59,964 nt of DNA, filler included, from Sphacelaria rigidula (GCA_964200075.2; 9 parts of 9 records of this genome joined end to end with filler, not necessarily neighbours in it), one strand, 5' to 3'; shown: positions 23,688 to 37,830, counted from the whole stretch's first letter. A program made the numbers and translations. Notes: generated by a model from the sequence alone, not told the origin.

Positions 23688-26597
23688 TGTCACTGCAGGC
23701 GCTCCGAGAGTATTATCCCGACGCAACAATGCCCCGAACCTTTGACACACGATGCATGAAATAAACGACCGCCTACCCGGACGCCAGCAATGCACCCCCA
23801 CCCGATGTCACAGCACGTGGAACGGTGTCTTTCGACGATACAAGACGCTTTCATGGTACTGTAACCCTTAGACTGCGAGGGGAGGTCACCTGCTGAATCG
23901 GCGTCAATATTCACTTGAAAAAAGTACGCGCGTGGTCCAGATGGACTACCCGCACTGTGGTGAACGGATTAAACCGAGGTATACGAGACGTCGTGCGTAC
24001 GAGGCACACTACTGCATGTATGTCGTGCCTCCGCAAGACGTTGTTTTTTGTGGACCGCGATTTGTATACAGTTCAGCAGCTTGAACAAGAATGAAAACAG
24101 GAAATTACACGATTATATCCGCGAAGTCCCCCTATGTATATCCTCCTCGACGTATCCTACGGTACCCCCCCCCCCCACACACACACAAACACACAAATAA
24201 TGCAGAGCTGCAAGGTCGATTGCCTCATGACTACGGTATGCGAGGTAGTGACTACACCCCTCCCTCAGAAGTGTTGAACGAGGACCGACGCAAAATCTAT
24301 CATATTCATGAGGTGCTCGTGAGCGTGGTGTTATTCGTGCTGATCCTGCAATTTTCGAATAATTTCCGAGACCTGGTTCCTGAAACCAGTTATTATCTGC
24401 ATTCTTTATAACAAACATTAAATTCCAAGACCTGCAATCTGAAACCGTCCATCATCTCGATGCGCTGTATGGCCATTCTTGCGTCAAGCAAGTGCTGCCA
24501 AATTGGGGGGGCTACCGTAGAACGAGTCCGTCAAACCGTGAACATCGACCTGAGGGTGTACAATATAACCCCCCCGCGAGGTCAATGGTCTGATGACTAT
24601 GGCATGCATGATCATGAGTACAACCCCCCCCCCCCCTCATTTGGGTTGCCCCGCTTGACATAGCTGAAAAAGGCAATTTGCGCCCAGAAGAAACACCGGA
24701 TTTTTACAGGCCCGCTTGTTTTTCCGTCACACGCGAGAGCAAACGGCATGCTCGCTACGGCAGGAGCGCGCGCACGAACAGGGACTAACACAGCAAGCAA
24801 GCACGAAAACACACAGTCATGTCCTGGTTGATTCACGCCCATCCCCCACCTGCCCCACCCACGTAATGTAAACTATTATTGTTCGTCACAGAGTGCACGA
24901 AGCGCACGTTCGTGCATATAGCAGTTCCTCTGTGTCATAAGATAGGGTACACCTAAATTTGTACGGGCCCTCAACCGTGTCCGATCTGTTTTTCGATTTC
25001 CTTGTTGAAATCTTCGGTGTTTCTCGAGTAAAAAACATGCTTTTCGTTTTCAGAAGGTGCTTGAGCCATGCGGCCGAACGGCCGAAAAACATCAGTCGGC
25101 CCCAAAATGGACGTATTGGACGCCTTTTCCACGAGAAATATGGCGTCGACGACAACCATTGTCGCCAATGTATAGCGGTCACCAACCGATATTTCGGCGC
25201 ACCGTTTGCGAGGTGGGCGTGTGCTGGGGTGCTAGTACATCGCTAGAATGGTGTAGTGGGCACGTAGGGTACAAGTTTGGACGCTTTTGAGAGTTTTTCG
25301 ACAATTCTCAAAAACATTCTGGAAAAAAAATCTCGAAATTATTCCTAAAATAGGCCAAATGTGATATATTTTGACCTATTTTATTTTAGGTGAAGAAATA
25401 GAATCCTGTTTTTTGTTTTAATTTCTAGCTTCGTCTTCGTTTTACCTTTCTAACGGACCCGACTATACTATCCTCGCTGACACGGTTGTACCCAGACAAC
25501 GTATTGCCTATAGGTACCGTAACTTATAAGACGAAGGAACTTTACGCTCTGGTCTCTTCTGCACCTTTTATTTAGATCCTGGTATGGCGTTTTCGCTTCG
25601 TGCTTTCTTGGTATCTCCTCTCTCTTTTTCTTCTCTTCTTTCTGCCGTTTACACTACTTTCTCCTTTCATTCTCTCCTACTCTCAGGTTTCCTTTAGCGA
25701 ATGCTTCCGTTTGATTTACATGGGATACGCCTATCTCATGACCACGGCTGGATTCGCAGCATATCAGTTAATAAGCAGCACCCAATACAGAATCACGAAC
25801 TAGTCGCGTGATGAAAGGTGCATTTCTGCGACTAATGGCTTTTCAAAAGAAGGTAATTTCGGAACAGTTTTATCGCCTTACCTGCACATATTTCAAGGAG
25901 TGAAAGAAAGGGTCAAGATGGAGGTTTGATTATACACACCGACGGCGGTAGAGTTGATTGTCCACGGCATAGCAGACGTGGAAACATTTACCAAAACGGG
26001 ACAAATTCCTTCCGAAGCACAGATGCCCGCTTCTTTCCGAGATCTACCACCACCAAACACACGTGGTGCGGAGACTCTGGATTCTTAGCATTCGGGAACA
26101 ACTCGCGTTCGGGACTACTGTTGGAAATATTGCTTTTGTCCCGGTGTCGCTGATCGTCGTGGCCGTTAATCCCAGTTATCCTGTACACCTTACACGGAGA
26201 AATTTCCAAGCTGCTGGTCTTCTTGCTCCTCCGTACGGATACGAGATCCTGCATTATTGAAAACGAGGGCAGAGAGAGGCAGAGATCTAGCAAATGTAAT
26301 TGTCTACTTGGTGGATTTGTCGAGGGGTGGAGATTTACCGTGTGCGTTCCATTGAGTAGTCTCCAGGAAACAACAGTACTGTACTCATTTGCTGTGCCAG
26401 AACAACGAACGTGTTTCAATTTGTGTAGGGGGTTCGATAATGTCTGTTGACTTCTTACAGCAGATTGTGTACCTCTGTGCAAAGTCCATAAATGGCGAGT
26501 TGGCGCCGTGTTCTCGTCCCTACCTGAATCGAGGTAATGGCACGGCGTCCACCGAGTCCCCGCTGGTGTGAGCCTCGGGTCGGGCCGCAGGTTAGAC

Positions 26598-26697
26598 NNN
26601 NNNNNNNNNNNNNNNNNNNNNNNNNNNNNNNNNNNNNNNNNTTAATTAATTAANNNNNNNNNNNNNNNNNNNNNNNNNNNNNNNNNNNNNNNNNNNN
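26598..26697. other. Artificial contig linker
   Basis: N44-TTAATTAATTAA-N44. Confidence 0.98.
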
Positions 26698-26707
26698 CGC
26701 TTCTGTA

Positions 26708-29463
26708 TTGGGCAGTTTGGCCCCACGATCGTTGTGTTCAGTTAGGAGTGAAATTCGTGCAACTACCGGCGGGTATGACCAATTTCGTGCGTATGGTCAT
26801 CGGATGGTTTGCACTGTAGAGCCGGCTTCTACTGACTGCGTCCTCCCGGTTCAAATCCGAGACCTCATCTCGAGCCGGACCCGAGGACGCCGGGCCGCGG
26901 AAACGGCTGCCGTCCTGGCAGCAGCCGGCCCAGATCTCCCCATCCCCAACCCCATTCCAGTCCCCGATAGCCTCCTCGCGCCCCCGTTACCTCCACGGCG
27001 CAAAGCCCCCAGAAAATCGACACCTTCCAAACCACCTCTACCCACCATAGCCGAGACCTCGACTGTGCCGTCCCCACCCCCTGATGGTACCACCTCCGGT
27101 ACCACACCATCCGACACCCTCCATAACGTAGGAATAGAGGTGAACGTTCCGTTTGAAAATACACTGACCACCCCTTCTGCCCTTGATCTCAGTAACGCCT
27201 CGTTTCCATCCCCCCGCGACTCGATCCCCTGCGTTTTGGACAACCCCTCCGACAGTGTATTCAAGGAACTGACCCTCTTTTCTCACGCCGATTGGGCCCG
27301 GGAACAGCAAGCTGAGCCTGCTTGTAATGCAGCTACACGTTATCTATCCAAGGGATGCCCCTTCCCCTTTCCAGCAGCTGAGTTCCTTTTGCCAGTAGGG
27401 TCCCACCGAGCCCCCACCCAAAATGAAGTTACTGAATTATCGCGTAAAGGCATGCTTTACACGAATGATGATGGCGTTGTTCTTCTAGTTCACCGGCCCC
27501 CCACGGACCCTCCTGGAGGGAAATCTACAAGTAGTCACGCCCGTTCGTTGGGTGATATCCCCGTACGTATTTATGTTTCGATGCTTATGCGTCCATGGGT
27601 TCTCCATGAATGCCACTCGCAAGCATCCACGCATCTAGGCGTCGCTAGGACATCTCAGATACTTCAACGTTTTTTGGTGGATTTGTATGGACCAATGTGT
27701 GCGTTGGTGGGTGCGGCGGTGTCTTCTTTGTCAAGCACTCAAAACTTCGCGTCAAACAGTTAGATGGCCGGTAATCTCTATGCCCCTTCCCAATGGGCCT
27801 GGTGAAATAGTCTCATGGGACTACTTTGGCCCCCTGCCCCTCACTGATAGTGGTAACAAGTACATTTTGTTGTTTACGGATCGGTTCAGTCGACATGCTG
27901 TGATGAATGCTGTTTCGGAGGCCAATTATAGTGCAGAAGGGACTGCCAACGTCCTTGTGTACACATACATCCCTCAGTGGGGTGTCCCCAAACGTTTGTT
28001 ATCCGATAACGGCCCACATTTTGCCGGCAAACTTTCTGCCGCGATCAGTAATCTCCTGGGTGCACATCGTATTTTTACTAGTTCATACCATCCGTCCACA
28101 AACGGTGGGACCGAACGAGTTAATCACACGATGGCGCAAATACTTGCCACAGTGACCAATGAGCGACAAACGGACTGGGACCTGCACTTGCCCCTTGTCC
28201 AAATGAACTACAACAACTCCGTCAATGCCGCCACAGGCTTGGCTCCCAATGAAGTTCATATTGGTGGTATGCCCAGGCTGCCATTGACAGTGTTCGACAG
28301 GAAACCCCCTAGGTGGTCATCAGAGTTTGAATCGGGATATCGTGGAGTATCATATGTCTGTTAGTAATCGTCTTCGTCTTGCGTATGAGGTGGTACGGGA
28401 GCAGAATTTGATCAACGCAGCAAAGGTAGCTAACGCAAACCGCGTGTTGGATGATGTAGTGAACCACCGTCCGGTCTACAAAGTAGGTGACTGGGTATGG
28501 GTGTATAACGATGTGAGAACTGTAACCCAAGGTGCGAGCTCTGCTAAGTCGTCGTCGGATAAGGTATTGAAGTCGAAGCTTTGCTTGAATTGGACTGGTC
28601 CTTGGAAGATTTTGGCGGTTGGGCCCTGTGATACCGCCCTTGACGATAAACCAGTAGGTGATAAGCTCTTGTATTTGGATTTTCCCACGGATGAACCTGG
28701 CGTCAAACCCAAAAACCGGGTATCGATGCTTCGGTGCAAGCCGTGTGTGCCCCCTCACGACACTAGTGACTTGCCCAAGCAATTGCCTATGGGGCTCAGT
28801 CAGTATGTGCTCACCAGGTATACGGCGAAATCCCCCCCGTACCATATTACGGTTGAAGACGCTGACGGTCCTCTTGAACGTGTAGCGCTAGATCGCATCT
28901 CGGGCCACCAATTAGTTCGAGGTCGCGGCGGTAAAATTGCGGTTATGTATCAGACTCACTGGAAAGATCTCATGCGTGTTACGTGGGAACGGGAGGAGGA
29001 TTTGCGTCACTTTCGAAGAGAGATACGTTTATACTGGGTCGGAGATGTAGTCCAACACCGCCCGTTGAACAAACGATATCGGTCTACGCGGCGCAGCAGC
29101 TCGTGAACTGACTTGAGAACACTCGGCACGATTTGTCATTTCGGGCTATAGTCTCATTTCTTGTTCGCAATACCTGCGCTCTTTTTCGAAGAAACATTTG
29201 CCGAAAGGTGCATATTTTGGTACAGGGCTATGGATTCGCGGTGGTGGCTGGGGAAGATTCACTTGATAGACCCTGAGGCGGACGATTCGTACTACATCCG
29301 CTTCCTCGATGACCCGGGTCCTCTCAAGATCCGTCTCAACGACGATTACTACACCGAGATGCCGACCGCTCGCCGAGGATCTTGGTGCCTACAACGACAC
29401 GACAAAGGGGACATCGACACAGCTGTCTTGCGCAACCCCGACACGGCGTGGGACACGGAATAA
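26708..29463 (+). pseudogene. Frameshifted integrase: H2C2, DDE core, GPW motif, chromodomain, extra Tudor-like module
   Basis: HECH...HLG...CLLCQ; SWDYFGPLP...FTDRFSR...SDNGPHF...YHPSTNGGTERVN; KLCLNWTGPWKI; LDRISGHQ...YQTHWKD...TWEREEDL. Frame breaks near 27675, 28310 and 29100. Confidence 0.88.
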
Positions 29464-30128
29464 TGTTGATGGCGAATTTCCGTTCCTTCTGATTTTATTC
29501 GTGTTCTTTAAAATCCCCCCTGTTTTTTTTATTTTTCCTTGTCTTGTCGTTGGTGTCGTTTCCTCAAGTACCGGTGCGAGTCGGTTGTCTGCATTTGTCC
29601 CAACCGCCCATCGTAGTCCCCCTGGTCTGGTGTTTTTGTTGTTGTTCTGCCTCCCCTTGCCCTCTTGTTGTCTCGTTTCCCTGAACAACGTGTAGCCCGG
29701 TAGCCCACATTTCCCTCGGCAGTCCCCAGTAGCCGCGTATGTCGGTGTCCTGTAGTGAACCGTTGCCGCGTATGCCTGTTCCTGTCTGCAGCTTTTGTAT
29801 TTCTTTTCCTTTTTGTTAGCTCTTGTTTTTTTTACTTTCTTTTTTTCTTGTTCTTCTTGTTTTCTATTTTTTTGTTCTGCCCTGCTTCCCCTTCTTCCTA
29901 CCTTGCATGGTCCCCTGTTTTCCTTGTTTTTGTCTTTGGTTTTTCCCTTTGTATTCGGAGGCGGCCGACGCATCCTGTTGGTATTCTCCAACACGCCCCG
30001 AACCCACCCCTTCCCGGGGCCCATACCCGGTGTGTGCGATTGTCCAACCACGTCCGCCCTCAACCTCCCCAACGGACTGGTTCTTTCGGCGTACCCTGTT
30101 ATTCGTTCCCCCCGTACTCTTTTCTTTG

Positions 30129-30131
<3 letters not shown>

Positions 30132-30160
<29 letters not shown>
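30132..30160. repeat. (TG)n microsatellite
   Basis: Directly visible. Confidence 0.9.
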
Positions 30161-30162
<2 letters not shown>

Positions 30163-31272
30163 ACTGCTTAATACCGTTGGCCCCACGTCGGCTTTCGATC
30201 ACCGGGTTATGTGTTGTGCGTCCAACAAGCCCTCTCCTTGAGTACCGTCGTCGGCTTCTGTGTAGTTGCTCGCTGTATCAGGTGCCCCATGTTCGGGGAT
30301 ATTTCTTTTCTTATGGATTCTGTTCAGTTTCGTTGCTACAACAGTTCGCCAAAAAAAGAAGAAACAGTCGTTTCGTTTTTCGCAGTCTCGAGGTCGTACA
30401 TCCGGTCCGCCGCTTCGGAAATCAGTACGGTGGTTCGTTTTTGTTGTAGGGTTATTGCTGGCGAATTATCGCGTTGATGTGCTCGGCGGGAGTCTATCCT
30501 CCCGTTTGTATGCCCACCCTCACGATTTTCTCGTCTGAACGGGCATGTATCTAAGAGCGGACCGCATCGGCCCCTCTTTCTGTATACTTGCCGTGGTTCA
30601 CCACGAACGCATCGGATTACCGGCCTTGGATTTATCTCCTCCGGTTGTGTGTTATTCGTTGACGCTTTGTGGGACGATATGGGCACCTTTTCAATTCGAT
30701 GGGCTGCCCTTCATCGTGACGTTGGTGCATCATGTTGCCTCACGGCTGCATGTTGGTTTTGGTTTCCGGTGTCTTTCGCTCAGCGATTTTCTTTTCCCGC
30801 TTGAGTATTCAACACCGTCGCGTTCTACTGATGAACGAAGTGTACGATCGTTTGTGCTTCCCCGGTACTGTGAAACGCCTTGGCGGGCTGCTCAACAAAC
30901 TCTGACAGCGGAACTGGACGTCTAATGAGACATGATTTCCCCTTCGCATGATAGCAGTCAAGCTTTATATCAAGATTTTGTAGCGAATGGACTACCGGCT
31001 TGTTTTTTTTGCTGCTTTATTTTTATTTTTATTTTTATCTTTTTTGGCGAATTTGTCCCAGATCCCCGGATATTTCGTGGCTTCTGGCGCTATTTTTCCG
31101 AAGGTTATCGATTCTTGCGTTTTTCACACCCTTCGGATTTTTCTCTTTTTCCATATATCGTGTCGCCCTCTAAGTCCCCGTCACAGTACTCCCCCCCGTA
31201 ACGTGTCTCATATTTTCTTCTCATTATGGTATCTTGTTTTGTTTTGTTTTTCTGTGGTGTGGGGGAATGGAA

Positions 31273-32022
31273 TGTGTGGGTAAAGCAACCTTGTTTCACT
31301 GCGTTCTCCTGCGATTGCTTTACCCATTGGAGGCTGGTGTGATATGATGTGACTGCAGGACGTAGCCATGATTTTGGGCAAACGTGACGTTGAATGATGG
31401 ACATTTTCATGCTCAATTAGCGGAGAACTCGCTGCCCCTTGAGGTTGACGTTCTACGGAGAGCATGTATTTGAATTCGAAAAATGATAGTGACCCAACCA
31501 TGGCATGATTTGACGAGCACGCCTTTTGGGATTGTATGGTATGACCTTAGCTATGTTGATTTAGGGGGCGGCGAAGCGCGTTCAGAATAGCAGCCCCTAC
31601 GATCACTCTCTCTTCTCATATCGGTGTTTGGCTGCGATTCATCAGTTTCCCCATTGGAATATCTACAAACCGCGAGAAAGTGAGTCCCAGAGATAAGAGC
31701 AGTAGTAGTCGGGCTGCTGTTTTGTTTGGTGTATTTGTTTTATTAAAGCTTAGGCCGGTTTCGGTTTGTGTTGTCTTGATGTTCTATAACTGAGCTGTAG
31801 ATGAAGCTCGGATACAATCAATTGTGTGAAACAAAAACGGTGCTACTCTTGTCTGCAATTGCTTGTTGTCTCCTCGTTTGAAAGCAACACGAGAGCGACT
31901 GTGGTCAGCCTGCGCTGCTGAGCTGAGTAAACAAACAACGTACGCAGAGGTCTGAACCTGGAACAGTCTTGGTGAACACCATTACAACCTCCCCAAGGTG
32001 CTTTCACCTTCATCACATCACA
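31273..32022 (+). repeat. Probable 3' LTR (~750 bp)
   Basis: Starts TGTG right after the polypurine tract; candidate end ...CATCACA. The right boundary is uncertain because the partner LTR is outside the contig. Confidence 0.5.
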
Positions 32023-32329
32023 ATCGGGTCGACATGGATTAGGGTCCGTTTATTTAGGGCCAGTTACCGGCACAGAGTTGGTAATTGTGTACTGAGATTT
32101 TGTGTGGGTCTCGCCAGGGCATATTTCTACACTTTGATCCTGATATTCGATATGAAAAATAGATAGGGCATAAAACTAAAACGTACGCACGGAATCCATT
32201 TTTTTTTTTTTCTCCCAACTTGAAGGCGATAATCAATGTTAGGTTTCAGTAACATGCCGTACAATCATGGCGAACACGAAAATATTAGGGCCCACGCACA
32301 CGTTTGTTCGTTACACCCTTTTCCTTGTC

Positions 32330-32665
32330 CGCACACGCGGCCATTTGGCTACCTTCAAAATTCCTCCAGGTGGGTAAACGTTTCGAGCCTCCAGAGGAAT
32401 TAAACGCCTCCAGAGGGGTGCTCGGCCCCCCAGAGGAGATGTTTTGGTTTCCTCCAGAGGGATTAAGCGCCTCCGCAGGCATATTCTTGCCTCTGGAGGG
32501 TCGCGCATACCCCCACATTCCTCCGGAGAGGTGGACGGCCCTCCCGGTCGGTAGAGTTTGGTTCCCTCTAGAGGATTGCAAGCCTCCGGAGGTTTGTTTT
32601 CCCCCTGGAGGGCCGCGCATCCCTCCGGAGGCATTTTGGGGTGTAGCCAAATGGCCGCGTGTGCG
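32330..32665. mobile_element. TIR element filled with CCTCC(A/G)GAGG-type motif repeats
   Basis: Perfect 23-bp inverted repeat CGCACACGCGGCCATTTGGCTAC / GTAGCCAAATGGCCGCGTGTGCG; about ten internal quasi-palindromic CCTCYRGAGG motifs. Confidence 0.7.
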
Positions 32666-33003
32666 CAACAAAACTCGGGGGTCCAAGTCTCACTATTGAC
32701 GTGCTGATGAGCTTGCGACCTGCAAATCCGCTTGTACGCTTGTCCAGCTGGTGTTGATACTTGTGCTGTGAAAATTCGCACGGAAAATCGCTAGTGCATA
32801 ATAAAACAAGACAAACGAGCTTCTTCCATTTTTATCATTGTATATTTTCCCCTTGTCTTATGTTCGGCAGTTTGAAGGGAAAATGGCCGATGTCCAAGGA
32901 CTTCATCTGCGAGTTTCAGCTCAAATTCTTCGATTGTACGTTGAACCTTAGCATGGATAATCGCTAAGGCATGCTGGTGGGGGGGGAAAGGGGGGGAGGG
33001 GAG

Positions 33004-33271
33004 GGGGGCGTACTCATTTCTTGCTTGCCTCAGTCGTTCAACCATTGACCACGCCTCCCTTTCGAGACGGAGCACCGTTCCTACTCCTAATAGAGACACC
33101 TCCAACATTCTGGCGCTCATTATGTTCCTTCCGTAGCTCATTACGTTTCTTCCATTACACAAGAACCTCTTAAATATCTCATCCCCGTCCTGTTTCGCCG
33201 TCTCTGGCCACCATCTATCCCCTAGTATAGCCATCGTTTTCTCCCTGTCTAGTGCATCAAACGATTTCATG
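33004..33271 (-). mobile_element. LINE ORF2 3' end (C-tract family), cut by contig end
   Basis: Encodes KSFDALDREKTMAILGDRWWPETAKQDGDEIFKRFLCN... and ends ...AAGGCAAGCAAGAAATGAGTACGCCCCC-type tail followed by a long C-rich run. Confidence 0.75.
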
Positions 33272-33371
33272 NNNNNNNNNNNNNNNNNNNNNNNNNNNNN
33301 NNNNNNNNNNNNNNNTTAATTAATTAANNNNNNNNNNNNNNNNNNNNNNNNNNNNNNNNNNNNNNNNNNNN
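33272..33371. other. Artificial contig linker
   Basis: N44-TTAATTAATTAA-N44. Confidence 0.98.
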
Positions 33372-36300
33372 CACCCACATATCCATTTCACATGACATGG
33401 GCACAGAGCAAGTGCTGGAATGCTCATGTTGGCGCAAATTCTCTTGCTCATTCTTGCTTTGTAGTATCTAGTCCCGAACCAAGCATTCGATCGAAACTGC
33501 AACTTGCCAACCGCGATGTTCACATATTGTTGTTAGTGTACACAGGCGGCAGTGGCAACAAACATCACGGCTGCTGCTATTAGTCCGTGGAGTGCGGTAC
33601 ACCGACGATGGTCAAAAGTGAAGGATCGGAGCATAGCGGAATCTGCGGTTCGTGTATCGGTACGAATCGTTACATAGTGCAACGGATCAAGCTGCCGGAT
33701 TACAGCGAAGCAAGAATCGGATTCAGCGTAGTCGGGAAAAGGAGGGGTAACAACAGTACAGTACAGTCTTTATTCAGCAATATCGTCAAGCACCGCAGCA
33801 GGCGATTTCGTTTTCTCATCCCTCCCACTCAGCGGGGAAGTACTATCGTGGTAGCCATGTAGGATAGCAGAATGCGTTTTCTTGCGTTTATACGCATACA
33901 AGTATAAGATAGTCATGGGCGTGCGGTGCACAAGGGGCACCAGATTGTAGAAACGCTACTCGAGACGGAGGCGACATACCGCCTCTATCTTGAGTTCGGG
34001 AATAGTAGCATTTCGCACCGTTTCCTTGCATATGCTTGCCGAGGAAAATTGAATAAAAATATTCCAGATTGACAAGAGGAGCAAACCGCTCTTCACACGT
34101 GGCTGCCTGCGCTTGATCCGCCCGACGTACGCTCAGGCGACTTTCATGTGTGACCTCGCCGACGGCAGTTCGAGAGGTGACGGGTACTTGCTGTTGTGAC
34201 GCGAAGTTGCTTTGCACAGCAACACAGAGTAGCTTGTTATCGATGTACACAGGCAGTAGCAACAGCACATTTTCTTCGATTGTCGTTGGTGTACAGACGC
34301 AATGCACAAATACCCGCCCGTCCAGTCTCATATTTTCCTTCTGTTATGTTGTTATTAATGCACACAGACAGTAGTGACAGCAAAGGTCATGGGTGCTTTC
34401 GGTCTATCAAAGGCAGTGCATCGAACATAGGAAAGATCGCGCTTGAGGCCCTGGCTTGTGCGCTCGACAGCGTAGAGACAACACAGCCGATTTTGATCAG
34501 GGCAAACTATATGGTTCGTGGTACTTTATGTTGGGAGAATGAATTGCCCCTCGTACACGAACGCATACAAGGTATCAGCACCACATTGCATGACAGAAGA
34601 TACAAGCACATACCCTTCAAAACGAAGCTTGTCCCATGTTGCATTGTTCACATATTGTTATCAGTATTCACAGTCAGTTACGGAAAACATCATTGCTGTC
34701 TCCGGACTGTGAAAGGACCAAAAGGACCGCAATAAAAATTGGGCGCACAGGCTTAGCTTATGCGCTGGACCCAACACTCTGACATGAAACAGACGCGTCA
34801 AACGTTGAAACGTTTCGGTCACCGCGTTGAGCCTTTCGGTGGCAGCCTTAAGTTCTTTTTCAGCCTTCTCCGCGCGTTGAGGCGCCGCCTTGGCCTTGCG
34901 CGAGGCTGTCGAGGCACAGGATAACTCTTGACCGGTTTTCCCCTTGTACTTCGTCCATGCTGCGCGGGAGTCCGTTTTTTTCTTGACTTTCGAAACACCA
35001 AGCTTTTGAGAATTCCGCATTTTTCACCTCAATACACGCTGCTGTTCCTGAAGTCGCAAGAGCCAATTTTTCAACGCAGATATCTCGGCAACGAGGCAGA
35101 GGATTGAAGTGCGGTTTGATGCGTGCGCTCCCCACACACCAGAACGTTTCAGCGCCACAACGGTGTGCCGTAACGCGTGCCGCGGAGCCCGCGGCACTCT
35201 GCAAACCGCCAAAATGTACGAAAAACGCGTTTTCTTCGACGTTCGGGGGCGTTTCGGATCCGCTGTGACGAACTGAGCAAGCCCGTCGTGGCGCTGAACA
35301 GATCTAGTGTGTGCGCGGGGGGCTGTCAAGTGCTACAGGCCGGTTTGTTTCCTTTCTCGAGAAATATGCGATGAAAACATTACAGTTGTCGCATACTAAA
35401 CCTAGGTGACTTCGGGTGGGGCGTGTGTCCTGTTCGGAAGAGGTTCGGCACAGGTTGGGCACAGGTCCGACCAGTCAATGACGTCTTCAATACGTCTTCA
35501 ATATCCCTCCGCGTTCGTATTGGTTTTGTTGACCACAGATTTTTGGTCGGTAAGGCCTTCATTCACCCCCATGACTGTAGTGCTGTAGTGCTGAAGTTGT
35601 GTGCAGCGCGGAGTACAGTGCAGTACAGATAGTGCAATACAGAACCCTAGGACAGTCAGAGCATTCCGATGCTGTGAACTATTATACTGTACAACGATAC
35701 GGTACAGAGAGTCAGTAGTAAAAACAGTGGTACAGACAGTACGGTACGCAGCACTTTAAAACAGCAGACGTCGGCCGCATTGCGGTGCTTTTTCCACATG
35801 CCACCCATAACGGTGGTGCGAGACGTTATAATCTCTCACGGGATGGGAATACAGCCAGGTGTAGTATTGCTTGTGCGCTGTAGACTACGAATCGTTCCCA
35901 CCGTTTTCTTCCAGCTGAAGCGGGCAAGAATGAGGAACTACACCCAACGCAACGTGTACCTGTCGAGCATTGGAATTTCCACGCAACACAGCCAAGTGGA
36001 TTGCTGATACCATGGCGGCGTCGGGGAGGTGTTCTGATTGCGATGCAAAGCTTTTCTACTTCGTGAATGGCCCATTGTGATGAGTACGGCAGTTTTGATG
36101 GATGCTGAGTGTCCCACTTTGCTTGTTAGGGTGTATTGACTTTGGACTGGACGTGACCATGGTGGTGAAGGTGGGCGTGGATCTTTTTCATTCCGCTATA
36201 AAGTCTGAGGGGGAACAAAGGTTTTCAAATTGAGGTGAAGCAAACGGGACTCTCACTCTGAAAAAGTCGCTTTGAAAAAAAACTTCACAGCGGCAAGTGC

Positions 36301-36839
36301 ACCGTTACCGGCTATTTTCCGTTCCACTCTGACTCTAGGATTTGAAAAAAACGTTTTCAGAAACTCTCTAATATCGTTGTTTCTTCCATACTTCGTCGTT
36401 TCTACTGACTTCATGTGTTATTTGAGAGGTGGTATGAAAGCGTGACACTTGATCAGGCGCGACACCGGTCACGTGAATGTTGCCGTCAATTAATAACGCC
36501 GTCGACCCACTCTTGCGAAACGATACGGAACCTACACTAAGTCCGGTGTTTGGCGAACTCACTGCGCAACAACCGGAAGACTTTGATGGTATAGTACCGC
36601 ACGTTACGTGCACCAAATGAACAGTTCGGTAGCCCAGACAACACGATTGTCCTCCTAGGTCCGCACAACCGACAACCACCAGCAGGGCCGGCAATGGCCA
36701 TATCAGGCTGGCAAGCTGAAATCAACAACTTCATGGCCGTGGAGACGCTGGTGGTTGAACACATGACATATCTACACGTCGGAAAAGTCAACTCAGGTTG
36801 ACTCTAGTTCGCTCTTTTCCTCGAAACTCAATTGGGAGG

Positions 36840-37830
36840 TATACGAGCTGGGCCAGACTTAAAACGGATTCAAACTCTAAAAGCAATCTCTCATCGACAC
36901 AGACGAGTTGGGCCGTGATCCCCATATCGTATTCACCGTCCAACCAAGGGGAAGGTGCCCATCTGCTCAAACGTTTGGGCCCATAGTTTCTCGTTGAATA
37001 AACCCCATGTCTTGTTATACCTGTACCTAAAGGAGATGGCGTCCATACTGAAATCTCTATGAACCCCCCGATCGATGCATCAAGCGGATGACGACGAATT
37101 TTGGTGTGGACATACCCTGGAGCACGGGGATACGGTGAATATCCTCTTCTTCACCCAATTCGTTTTCTATCCCGAGATATGGCGCACATACGTTTTCATA
37201 CTAAAATCAATATATTACCACCAGAGGCACTAGATAAACTCAATCTGGATATCGTGCCTCAGTTTTTGAGAGTTGTTCTATAAAATTTCGTGTGATGAAC
37301 CGCTAGTGTATAAAAAATATGTGTAGAACAGCTTGTCACCTGTTTTATTTTTTTTCTTCATATTTTTTCCATTTTTCCGTGTTTTTAGTGGAGTTTTGCG
37401 GAGAAATGAACACTGCTCTTAGGCCTCATCTCAATGGTTTAGCTCAACTTTTAGAATTGTGATTTGAAAGTTAGTACGGAGAACCACAAAAATGGGCCGA
37501 ATAAAAATAATGGGCCCTCATTTTTTTTTTCACAGAGTTTAAAGCGTTCTCGTGAAGAAGTGGTCGTTGCCATACTAGAACGCCCTAAACCAGTGAAAAA
37601 TATTTGAAAACAAACTGACCCAATGAGTTCTGTTGTTATGCCTCAGGAAGCACCCAGACAAAATTTCAATACACGAAAACCAAACGTGGGCCGTTGAGTG
37701 GCCTGCAAAATACTGTTCCGAATTTCTACCGACCCGGTTTTCAAAAGGCCAATGCTCGGCCCAATAATAAGAGTTGGAGCGTAAAATTCGGTATGGGCAG
37801 TGCAAAGGCATGAAAAAAAAAATGGTACCG
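36840..37830. repeat. Dispersed ~1-kb repeat, copy B (no foldback insertion)
   Basis: Collinear with 11710-13060; its last ~85 bp recur inverted at ~38960-39050. Confidence 0.75.

Larger units (their letters stand above)
26698..32022 (+). mobile_element. 3' half of a chromodomain-bearing Ty3/gypsy LTR retrotransposon
   Basis: Integrase remnants, ~1.8-kb pyrimidine-rich 3' region, polypurine tract GGGGGAATGGAA (31261-31272) followed by TGTG. Confidence 0.85.

Noticed and set aside
29389..30449. Long K/R-rich and F/L-rich ORFs
   Set aside because: Products of the pyrimidine-rich 3' region and TG microsatellite of the retrotransposon.
34661..35329. Basic coiled-coil-like minus-strand ORF fragments
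   Set aside because: Could be a decayed transposon gene, but there is no diagnostic motif to support a call.
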